DNA from: Verrucomicrobiia bacterium
GTDB lineage: Bacteria; Acidobacteriota; Terriglobia; Acidiferrales; UBA7541
NCBI GenBank assembly: GCA_035503815.1
Contig: DATJTF010000018.1
Span: 51,583 to 115,582, forward strand
Direction of reading: 5' to 3'
DNA length: 64,000 nt
Position 1 is the first letter of the stretch; each line of letters opens with the position of its first letter. Position numbers and translations under genes: made by a program. Shown here one piece after another: positions 56,541 through 64,000 of the stretch. A model generated the notes under the pieces. That model had not been told where the DNA came from and did no database searches. It worked only from the letters and a program-made list of their open reading frames with translations.

Positions 56541-58142
56541 ATGCCCATCCAATTTCCTCGTTCCGCTTGGTTCTCCTCTTGCGGCGTATTGCTTCGCCCA
56601 TTTTGCGCGGTTTTGCTGGCGGCAGCCTCGACGCTTACATTCGCTCCGCGGGCGGGCGCGCAATCCGCGGAAAAAATCGTGGGTCAATATCTGCGCGCCA
56701 TGGGCGGCTCGAAGGCGCTCGACAAAATCCAAACCGCCCGATGGGAAGGCATCGTTCATGAATCGGGCGACGAATCATCCGGCTCGTACTCCCTGATCCT
56801 CAAATCTCCGGACAAATTCTATTCCGAACTCCTCGTCGGCTCGTCTCGATTCACCGAGGCGTTCAACGGCAAGTCCGCTTGGGCGCAGGACTCCTCCTCC
56901 GGCCCTTACACTCTCACAGGATCGGGCCCGGCGCTTGCCGCCGCTTCCGCCCGCATCTGGAATGGCCGTCTGGCCGACGTGAAAAGAGACAAAATCGAAA
57001 TTCGTCTGGTTGGAGTGGAGACTCTCGCCGGCCGCCCGGCCTATCATCTGGCCTTGTCATTTTTGAGCGGCGTCACCGGAGACGTTTTTATCGACGCGCA
57101 ATCCCACCTTCTTGTCCGCGAAACCCTCATGGACACGGGGCAAATGAAGCCTTCGCCGGGCAGCGAGCAACGCATCGAATACGACTATTCCGACTTTCGT
57201 TCCGTCAACGGAATTCCCGCGCCATACTCCATCGCAATTCACCGCGGCGGCCGCGACTATTTCGTTTCCATGACACGCGTCGAATTCAATTCGGCGGTCG
57301 ACAATTCCATTTTCGATTTTCCGGCAGTCTCCGGCAGTCCGCTTCCGGATATCCCCGCTCTTCTCCGGGACGTCGCCAAGAATCAGAACTTCATTGAGGA
57401 AATTCAAAGAAAGTACACCTGCCGCCTGACCGAGGTAGAGGAATCAATCGACTCCCAAGGGAAAATCACTTCGACCAAGGTGAGCGAATACGATGTTTTC
57501 TACATCGGAGGCCAGGAAGTCCGCCACCTGATCGCCAAGGACGGAAAACCTCTCGAAGGCGATGAAAAACGAAAAGAGGACGACCGATTCAACAAAGAGT
57601 TCGACAAACTCGAAAAGAAGCAGGCGGAATTGGCATCCGATCCGAAAAAACAGCAGAAGCAGGACCAAGAAGATCAGGCGCAAGTTTCCGATTTTCTGCG
57701 CGCCGAGCGTTTCACCAACCCGCGCCGCGAACGATTCCGGGGGCAGGACGTCATCGTCTTCGATTTCGGCCCCAATCCGGATTACAAACCGCGAAACCTG
57801 GTGGAGTCGATCGTGCAGAAAATGGTGGGCGTGGTTTGGGTGGACGAACAGGCGCGGGATGTCGCCCGGTTGGAAGCGCGCTTCAGTGAAAATGCGAAAA
57901 TCGCGGGCGGCTTGCTGGCCTCGCTTTCGAAGGGATCGAATTTCGTATTCGAGCAAGCGATGGTCAACAACGAAGTTTGGCTCCCCATCTATGCGGAGGT
58001 GCACGCCTCGGCGCGTGTTCTGTTTGTGAGGGCAAAAGCCAATTTGATCGACCGCTATTCGGACTACAAGAAATTCGAAGTCGAGACGCGTATCGGCGCG
58101 CCCGCTTCATCCCCTTTGCAGCCGCAGCCCTCGCCAAAATGA
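56541..58142 (+). CDS. hypothetical secreted protein (LolA-like N-terminal region, central K/E/Q-rich segment)
   Basis: 533 aa. Signal ..FCAVLLAAASTLTFAPRAGAQS. N-terminal part resembles outer-membrane-lipoprotein-sorting (LolA-like) proteins. Charged block DEKRKEDDRFNKEFDKLEKKQAELASDPKKQQKQDQEDQ. Confidence 0.55.
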   Translation: MPIQFPRSAWFSSCGVLLRPFCAVLLAAASTLTFAPRAGAQSAEKIVGQYLRAMGGSKALDKIQTARWEGIVHESGDESSGSYSLILKSPDKFYSELLVGSSRFTEAFNGKSAWAQDSSSGPYTLTGSGPALAAASARIWNGRLADVKRDKIEIRLVGVETLAGRPAYHLALSFLSGVTGDVFIDAQSHLLVRETLMDTGQMKPSPGSEQRIEYDYSDFRSVNGIPAPYSIAIHRGGRDYFVSMTRVEFNSAVDNSIFDFPAVSGSPLPDIPALLRDVAKNQNFIEEIQRKYTCRLTEVEESIDSQGKITSTKVSEYDVFYIGGQEVRHLIAKDGKPLEGDEKRKEDDRFNKEFDKLEKKQAELASDPKKQQKQDQEDQAQVSDFLRAERFTNPRRERFRGQDVIVFDFGPNPDYKPRNLVESIVQKMVGVVWVDEQARDVARLEARFSENAKIAGGLLASLSKGSNFVFEQAMVNNEVWLPIYAEVHASARVLFVRAKANLIDRYSDYKKFEVETRIGAPASSPLQPQPSPK

Positions 58143-58197
58143 ATCCATGGGATTTGAATTATGAATTTTCGCGGCGCCCAAAATGCGCTGCTTTCCG

Positions 58198-58226
58198 TTG
58201 ACTTGCGTCCGCCCTCACCCTACAGT
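58198..58226 (+). promoter_or_regulatory. candidate sigma70-type promoter for the purine permease gene
   Basis: TTGACT (58198-203), 17-nt spacer, TACAGT (58221-226), about 75-85 nt upstream of the start codon. Pattern match only. Confidence 0.35.
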
Positions 58227-58309
58227 GTCCCCTCGTTTTGGTTGCGGCGGCAACCCGGCCGCTTGCAGTTGCGCGAGAAAAAAAAGGAGAGCGGCGTTTG
58301 CTCGAGCGA

Positions 58310-59593
58310 ATGTTCAAGCTGACGGAAAACCAGACTACCGTGCGCCAAGAGTTCCTCGGCGCCGTCACCACGTTCATGACGCTCGCTTACATCGTCGTCG
58401 TTAACCCCCAGATTCTCGCGGTCGCCGGAATGCCCGCGGACGGCGTGCTCTTCGCCACTTGCATCTCCGCCGCCGTCGGAACCCTGGTAATGGGGCTTGC
58501 CGCGAACTATCCGATCGCGCTGGCTCCCGGGCTCTCGCTCAACGCGTACTTTGTCTACTCGGTTTGCCTCGGGCTGCACATTCCTTGGCAGACGGGACTC
58601 GGCGTGGTTTTCATTTCGGGGACGCTGTTCGTGATTCTCACGGTCACTCGGGTGCGCGAGCAGATCGTCAACGGAATTCCCGACTCGCTGAAGCACGCCA
58701 CCGCCGCGGGAATCGGTATGTTCATCGCTTTCATCGGGCTGCGGAACGCGAAGATCGTTGTGGCGAGCGCGGCGACGTTTGTCGGGATCGGCAACTTCTC
58801 CGACCATGCCGTGCAAGCGGCTCTGTTCGGTATCGTGCTGACGCTGATCCTGATGTCGCGGAGAATTCACACGGCGATTCTGCTCGGCATCGTCGGCACG
58901 TGGGCCTTCGGCATTGCCCGCGGGCTTTCCAAGTGGCCCGCGGCGTTCGTTTCTCTGCCGCACCCTTCATCCACGTTCATGAAGCTGGACCTTCGCGGCG
59001 CGATCCATTTGGGTTTGCTGGAAATCGCGTTTGTTTTTCTCTTCGTCGATCTGTTCGACAACGTAGGAACGCTCGTGGGGGTGTGCGAGCAGGCGGGATT
59101 CGTGAAGGACGGAAAAATTCCGCGTGTGGGACGCGCGCTCCTCGCCGACGGCGTGGCCACCATGTTCGGCGCTGTCACCGGGACGTCCACCGTCACCAGC
59201 TACATCGAGAGCGCGGCCGGAGTGGCGGCGGGAGCGCGGACGGGCCTCACGAGCGTGTTTATCTCGCTTTTCTTCGTCAGCTCCATCTTCTTCTCTCCGC
59301 TGGCCGCGGCGATTCCCGAGTTCGCCACCGCTCCCGCACTGGTCCTGGTCGGCTCACTGATGGCGCAATCGATTTCGCGCGTCCGCTGGAACGATTTCAC
59401 GGAAGCGCTTCCGAGCTTCATCACGATCGTGGCCATGCCGTTGTCGTTCAGCATCGCCACCGGCCTGAGCTTCGGCGTCATCACGTATACGATCGCGAAA
59501 ATCGGCTCCGGCCGGTACCGCGAAGTCAGCCCCGTCATCTGGGTTCTCACCGTCCTGTTCATCCTTCGCTACGTCTATCTTGCCAACGGCTGA
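58310..59593 (+). CDS. NCS2 family permease (AzgA-type adenine/guanine/hypoxanthine permease)
   Basis: MFKLTENQTTVRQEFLGAVTTFMTLAYIVVVNPQIL is the typical AzgA-family N-terminus; about 12-14 TM helices. An alternative TTG start at 58298 lies 7 nt after AAGGAGA. Confidence 0.9.
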   Translation: MFKLTENQTTVRQEFLGAVTTFMTLAYIVVVNPQILAVAGMPADGVLFATCISAAVGTLVMGLAANYPIALAPGLSLNAYFVYSVCLGLHIPWQTGLGVVFISGTLFVILTVTRVREQIVNGIPDSLKHATAAGIGMFIAFIGLRNAKIVVASAATFVGIGNFSDHAVQAALFGIVLTLILMSRRIHTAILLGIVGTWAFGIARGLSKWPAAFVSLPHPSSTFMKLDLRGAIHLGLLEIAFVFLFVDLFDNVGTLVGVCEQAGFVKDGKIPRVGRALLADGVATMFGAVTGTSTVTSYIESAAGVAAGARTGLTSVFISLFFVSSIFFSPLAAAIPEFATAPALVLVGSLMAQSISRVRWNDFTEALPSFITIVAMPLSFSIATGLSFGVITYTIAKIGSGRYREVSPVIWVLTVLFILRYVYLANG

Positions 59594-61833
59594 TTCTCAG
59601 GTCCCGGAGCGTCCTCGACGCAGCGGAACCCGATTGTGCCGGCCCGGTCGCGGCCCGGCGACATCAGCAGGTATTTCTCATGTTCGTCGAGACGGTAGGT
59701 CTGCGGGAAATACCAGATGGAACCGCGCGGCTGGTAGGCGGCGCCGCCGCGAATGATGGCCGCGCGCGTGTGCTCGTCTTGAAATTCGTCCGTCCACTGC
59801 GAAACGTTCCCTTCGAGATCGAGGACTCCGAACGGGCTCGCGCCTTCTGGATACGCATCTACGCCGGAGAGAGGCTTCATTGTCCGCCCGGTATCCGGCG
59901 GTGGGAGAGCGTTCGCGCGCCAATCGTTTCCCCAGGGATAGAGGCGGCCGTCCGAGCTTTGCGCGGCATACTGCCATTCCCATTCATGCGGAAGGCGCTT
60001 TCCCGCCCAAGCGGCGTAGGCCCGCGCGTCCTCGATGGAAACCCACGTGACGGGTTTGTCGGCCCAGCCGTCGGGGAACGTTCCATTCTTCCAATCACGG
60101 AGAAAGTTATGATCGTCCTTCGGATGATAATTCGTGGCGTCGAGAAAGAGCTTGAATTCGGCGTTGGTCACCGGGGTGCGGTCGATGTAGAAGCTGTTTA
60201 TATGCATCCAGTGGGAGTGAAAACGGCGCGGTGAATCCTCCCAGGGATACTGGACGTCCACGCCGGGATCAAGGCCGCCCTCGATTTCAATTCCTCGCAC
60301 GACAAAATCGAAATCGCCCGCGGGAACGCGAACCATTCCCGGAGGCGCGACACCGGCCCTGCGCGTGGGCGGAATTGGCGCGATCGTTTGCGCCACAAAC
60401 TTCCATTCGCGCGAGCATTCGTTCAAAGGCTTCTCCGACCGCTCAGCCATGAATGCGAGCAGATCCTGTGCATCTTTTCCGAGCGGGCTTTCCTTGGTGG
60501 CCAGTACGGCGCCGAAGCCCAGGCCCTCGATGGGAAAACTCAAGGTTACTTCGCCCGAGCTCGCGAGCGGCGTCAATTGAACGCCATGCCAGAGATCGTA
60601 GTACCGTGTTCCAGCGTCGTACGGCACTCGCAACTGGGCCCCGGACACGTCGTACTCATTGCGATTGATGACGGTCCACAACGTGCGATCTCCCGCCGGA
60701 AACTTGCTCGCAAAGATTCCTGGCTGCAGAGTAGCCGTATGTGGCTCCCAATCCCCGCTGACCAGATTGTCCGCCAAGGTCCTTTCGATCCGCGTGATGC
60801 GGAGAATGGCCTCGGCATCATGGGGCGTGGTGCCATACCAGAAACCCCAAAGATTTTCGAGGGTGGCGTAGCCCGAGCCGTTGAAGAAAGCGTGTTGGAG
60901 ACTATTGGTTTTATCGCGCGTATAGCGGTCAGTGACGTTGACGGTATGGCGCGGCTCGAGCCATTTGGCCTGGCTTACCATCGGAACGTAAGGATACGGC
61001 GTGTCTTCCCAGGTTACCCAGTCGTTCCAGCCAATCGTGCTCCAGGCGAGGGACTCATCGCGGATGGAGAATTGCGGCTCGAGGGCAAGCGGGTGGCCGG
61101 CGGCCTCAGCGGCTGCGTGAAAAGCGGCGGGAACACTTTCCAGGGTGTCGAAATTCACTCCGTCCGCGCCGATTTCCTTCATCAGACCGGCAAGCGCCTT
61201 CCAAGGCGGCTCGCCTTCATCGCGCGTGCCCGTGTCCCAGGCAAGCGTGGGAAAGAAGACCCTGACGCCCCGGGCGTGAAATTGGTCCACCATGTCGCGT
61301 ATGCCCGGGATTCCGCCCGGCATGTCGCGAATAAGATCGAACTGGTTGCGATCGTCCACGCCGATATTGGGGTAGAGCGGCCAGATCAGTACGGCATCGA
61401 TCGGGCCGATCCGGCCCTCGACGCCGTTTAGGAAGCGGTCAACGGTGTAGACACCTTTTCCGGGGTCGTAGAACGAGCGGTCCCAGATGATGAGCTGGAC
61501 CTGCGAGAAGACGTGCTGCGTCCAGGCCATTTGCGGGCGCCTGTATTCGGAATCGTCGAAGTGCAAGCGCTCGAGTCGCTCTTTCCTCCACGCCTTGATT
61601 CCCGCGAGCCAGTGGGCATCGTCCGACGGAATTTCAGGGCCAGCCAAGAACACGTCGGTAGGAGAAGGGGGAACACCGAGATTCAGAACCCCCGTCGGGG
61701 GAAACAGCGGGTGGTGAGGGCGCCATTCATCGGAAAATGCGGCGACGGAAATCAGCGCGAAAACAAAGAGCAAAGAGGCGCAAAGTACGACTTTCGAGCG
61801 CCCATTCGCGTTAGGGGCCTGACCGGATGTCAT
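59575..61833 (-). CDS. secreted fusion protein: N-terminal TIM-barrel glycoside-hydrolase-like region plus C-terminal SUMF1/FGE (formylglycine-generating-enzyme-like) domain
   Basis: Signal/anchor ..VVLCASLLFVFALISVAAFS. The C-terminal ~260 aa carries FGE-sulfatase-family motifs (IDRTPVTNAEFKLFL, RLPHEWEWQYAA, YPWGN, GNVSQWT, GFRCV). The N-terminal ~480 aa call is tentative. ATG 61833 is 5 nt after the purB stop (GTG 61842 is an alternative). Confidence 0.78.
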   Translation of the reverse strand: MTSGQAPNANGRSKVVLCASLLFVFALISVAAFSDEWRPHHPLFPPTGVLNLGVPPSPTDVFLAGPEIPSDDAHWLAGIKAWRKERLERLHFDDSEYRRPQMAWTQHVFSQVQLIIWDRSFYDPGKGVYTVDRFLNGVEGRIGPIDAVLIWPLYPNIGVDDRNQFDLIRDMPGGIPGIRDMVDQFHARGVRVFFPTLAWDTGTRDEGEPPWKALAGLMKEIGADGVNFDTLESVPAAFHAAAEAAGHPLALEPQFSIRDESLAWSTIGWNDWVTWEDTPYPYVPMVSQAKWLEPRHTVNVTDRYTRDKTNSLQHAFFNGSGYATLENLWGFWYGTTPHDAEAILRITRIERTLADNLVSGDWEPHTATLQPGIFASKFPAGDRTLWTVINRNEYDVSGAQLRVPYDAGTRYYDLWHGVQLTPLASSGEVTLSFPIEGLGFGAVLATKESPLGKDAQDLLAFMAERSEKPLNECSREWKFVAQTIAPIPPTRRAGVAPPGMVRVPAGDFDFVVRGIEIEGGLDPGVDVQYPWEDSPRRFHSHWMHINSFYIDRTPVTNAEFKLFLDATNYHPKDDHNFLRDWKNGTFPDGWADKPVTWVSIEDARAYAAWAGKRLPHEWEWQYAAQSSDGRLYPWGNDWRANALPPPDTGRTMKPLSGVDAYPEGASPFGVLDLEGNVSQWTDEFQDEHTRAAIIRGGAAYQPRGSIWYFPQTYRLDEHEKYLLMSPGRDRAGTIGFRCVEDAPGPENQPLAR

Positions 61834-61838
61834 CGGAG

Positions 61839-63158
61839 TCACCTGGCAGCGGAGGATTGGGAGCCGAAGACGCGGCGGAAGATGGCGTCGACGGCGCGGA
61901 GCTGGCGATCGAGATCGAACGTGCGCGCCAGCGCCTTTTCATCGAGAAATTTGCGGATATTGGCGTCGGCTGTGACGCGGTCTTGAAAACTCGTTTCCGA
62001 TTCCCAGGCGGCCATGGCGTGGGCCTGGACCCATTTGTAGGCGTCTTCGCGAGGGGCCCCGCTCTCGACCAGATCCTGTAGAAGCTGGCCGGAAAAAATC
62101 AGTCCCTGCGTGGCGCTCAGATTGCGGAGCATGCGCTCGGGAAAAACGCGCATCGAAGAAACGATTTCCGTCATGCGGTGAAGCATATAGTCGGCGAGAA
62201 TCGTCGAGTCGGGAAGAATGACGCGCTCGACGGAGCTGTGGGAAATATCGCGCTCGTGCCACAAGGCGACATCTTCCAGCGCCGCGACCGAATTTCCACG
62301 AATGACGCGCGCGAGCCCGGAAATCTGCTCGGCCATCACAGGATTGCGCTTGTGCGGCATCGCCGAACTTCCGCGTTGCTCCCCGCCAAACGGCTCTTCG
62401 ACCTCGCGGACCTCGGTCCGCTGCAGGTGGCGAATTTCCTGGGCGATACGCTCGAGAGAGGCGGCAACAATCGCAAGTGTGGAAACGTATTGCGCGTGGC
62501 GGTCGCGTTCGATCACCTGCGAACTGATGGGAGCGACGGCGAGGCCCAGCCGCTGGCAAATTTTCTGCTCGGTCTCCGGGCCGAGGTGCGTGCAGGTGCC
62601 GACGGCGCCGGAAATTTTCCCGACGGCAATTTGACGGGCCGCGGCCTGAAAGCGTTCGAGGTCGCGGCGATTTTCGGCGAACCAATTGGCGATTTTCAGG
62701 CCGAACGTGATGGGCTCGGCGTGAATGCCGTGCGTGCGGCCGATTTGGGGAGTGTTCTTGAACTCCCAGGCGCGCCGCTCGAGAACCTGTCCGAAAGCCT
62801 CGAGACGCTTTTCGATCAGCTGAGAGGCTTCTCGCAGAAGGAGGGCTTGCGCAGTGTCTACCACGTCGTTGGAAGTTAGGCCGTAATGGAGCCACCGCGC
62901 CGATTCAGGGTCGCCGACGGATTCCTGAACGGCGACGGTAAAGGCGATGACATCATGGCGAACCTTGGCCTCGATTTCATTGATGCGACCCACGTCCACA
63001 CGGGCCCGGGCGCGCAAGTTTTCGGCGGCTGTGCGGGGGACGATGCCCTCTTCGGCTAGGGCTTCCGTGGCCGCCAGTTCGACATCGAGCCATTTCCGGA
63101 ACTTGTTCTGCTCGCTCCAGATGAGGCCCATTTCCGGCCGTGTGTAGCGTGCGATCAA
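61839..63158 (-). CDS. purB: adenylosuccinate lyase
   Basis: TTG 63158 with AAGGAG 6 nt upstream gives (M)IARYTRPEMGLIWSEQNKFRKWLDVELAATEAL.., and the fumarate-lyase signature ..GSSAMPHKRNP... The 146-codon N-terminal extension in the track ORF looks non-coding. Confidence 0.92.
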   Translation of the reverse strand: MIARYTRPEMGLIWSEQNKFRKWLDVELAATEALAEEGIVPRTAAENLRARARVDVGRINEIEAKVRHDVIAFTVAVQESVGDPESARWLHYGLTSNDVVDTAQALLLREASQLIEKRLEAFGQVLERRAWEFKNTPQIGRTHGIHAEPITFGLKIANWFAENRRDLERFQAAARQIAVGKISGAVGTCTHLGPETEQKICQRLGLAVAPISSQVIERDRHAQYVSTLAIVAASLERIAQEIRHLQRTEVREVEEPFGGEQRGSSAMPHKRNPVMAEQISGLARVIRGNSVAALEDVALWHERDISHSSVERVILPDSTILADYMLHRMTEIVSSMRVFPERMLRNLSATQGLIFSGQLLQDLVESGAPREDAYKWVQAHAMAAWESETSFQDRVTADANIRKFLDEKALARTFDLDRQLRAVDAIFRRVFGSQSSAAR

Positions 63159-63605
63159 GTGCGGCTCCTTTGGCGCGCGTGAGCAGCGGCGACGTGTGAT
63201 TCTATCGCCAAATTGCGGATTTGCGACGTGATTTGCGCCGTGCGGAATTCCGCGCAACTCCGACGGTGAGATGGATGAATTGGCGCGGTCTTGCGTGCTT
63301 TTTGAAGCTTTTCTCGTCGCCACCGTGCCGGTTGGAATCCGGCAACCGGCGGCTGTGGGTTGGTATGCGGGGAATGGGTCAGTAGGCGGGAATGAGACGC
63401 CGCAATCGGCCGGTGAGCCACGAGCGAGCCAATTTCTCCAAGGCGACCGAACGCGCACCCAATCCAAGCTGGTATGAACGAAAGTGAAATTCAAGGGAGC
63501 ACTGGGGCTGAAAAGTTCAACGACTGCAACCAGCCTGGTTCCGGACTTGTGGACAACTTCACATCGTTGCGCGAACGGAGAAAACATGTGTGGCACGGGC
63601 GCAAG

Positions 63606-63634
63606 TTGACATAAAAGGAAGCAGCGCCTATCCT
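63606..63634 (+). promoter_or_regulatory. candidate sigma70-type promoter for prfA
   Basis: TTGACA (63606-611), 17-nt spacer, TATCCT (63629-634). This would give a leader of about 110 nt. Pattern match only. Confidence 0.4.
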
Positions 63635-63753
63635 TAGACCAGAGCGAAACGCGATGTTTGCCTCGTTTTATTAGCGAATTCCCTCCGCCCGGCGCCGGGC
63701 GCAGCCTTCACGGCAATCTCCGGACGTCCCGACCCCTACTTTTTCGTTGAGGC

Positions 63754-64000
63754 ATGGCCATGACAAATTTGACCCTGTACGAAAAACTCGACCAAATCGA
63801 GTCGCGCTACGACGGGCTGACGCAGGAGCTCTCGTCGCCGCAAACGCTGGCAGACACGGCGCGCTACCAGAAGCTCGCAAAAACACACGCGGAGATGGCG
63901 GATGTGGTGTCGAAGTACCGCGAGTGGAAGCAGATTGACAAGAGCTCGCGGGAAGCCAAGCAACTGGCGGCGGAAGCGGACGACGCGGAAATGAAGCAGA
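63754..64000 (+). CDS. prfA: peptide chain release factor 1, N-terminal 82 codons (continues beyond the right window edge)
   Basis: Not in the ORF track (no in-window stop). Own translation: MAMTNLTLYEKLDQIESRYDGLTQELSSPQTLADTARYQKLAKTHAEMADVVSKYREWKQIDKSSREAKQLAAEADDAEMKQ. This is the typical RF1 N-terminal helical domain. Confidence 0.85.
   Translation, partial: MAMTNLTLYEKLDQIESRYDGLTQELSSPQTLADTARYQKLAKTHAEMADVVSKYREWKQIDKSSREAKQLAAEADDAEMKQ

Noticed and set aside
58143-58309. Expected riboswitches: purine upstream of the NCS2 permease; also Moco upstream of modA (33822-33845) and TPP upstream of thiF (44195-44256).
   Set aside because: No purine-riboswitch core (UAUAAU..GGAUAUGG..CUACC..CCGUAAAU) is present. 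The modA and thiF upstream gaps (24 and 62 nt) are too short for those RNAs.
63617-63625. GGAAGCAGC, reminiscent of the SRP (4.5S) RNA domain IV motif.
   Set aside because: The flanking sequence lacks the GNAR tetraloop hairpin and the symmetric/asymmetric loop context. The motif sits in the spacer of a good prfA promoter.

Overview
GC-rich (roughly 60% by eye, not computed) bacterial chromosomal segment, densely coding on both strands: about 55 protein genes and 1 tRNA. I saw no rRNA, CRISPR array, transposase, integrase or phage genes. Several families point to Acidobacteriota: an ADOP-type duplicated orphan permease, an Acidobacteria-type VWFA protein, a CarboxypepD_reg-fronted TonB-dependent receptor, and Tat-signal Gfo/Idh/MocA plus xylose-isomerase-like TIM-barrel pairs. 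Content is mostly housekeeping: tilS-ftsH-folP; a sulfate-assimilation operon cysD-cysN-cysH-tauE; modABC; bamA-surA_N-like-tamB; pcm-GT2-membrane-wHTH-uppS; efp; purB; prfA; pobA; thiF; a purine permease; a CPA2 antiporter; and several glycosyltransferases and hydrolases. Long track ORFs lying antisense to these genes are high-GC shadow ORFs. The track translates GTG/TTG starts as M and often over-extends N-termini, so I trimmed starts using RBS, signal peptides and 1-4 nt stop/start overlaps. Two genes that run off the window edges (folP at the left, prfA at the right) are missing from the track and were translated by hand. I did not find a clear-cut novel multi-gene system. The best leads are: (1) a Sec-signal mini-protein of four identical 12-aa units whose DNA copies differ only at wobble positions, sitting upstream of two unknown membrane proteins; (2) an orphan LysW-like zinc-ribbon protein with a long polyacidic tail, translationally coupled to a membrane-anchored CarboxypepD_reg protein; (3) a structured leader with an intrinsic terminator 28 nt upstream of cysD. 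All functional calls rest on motif recognition from memory, since no database search was possible.
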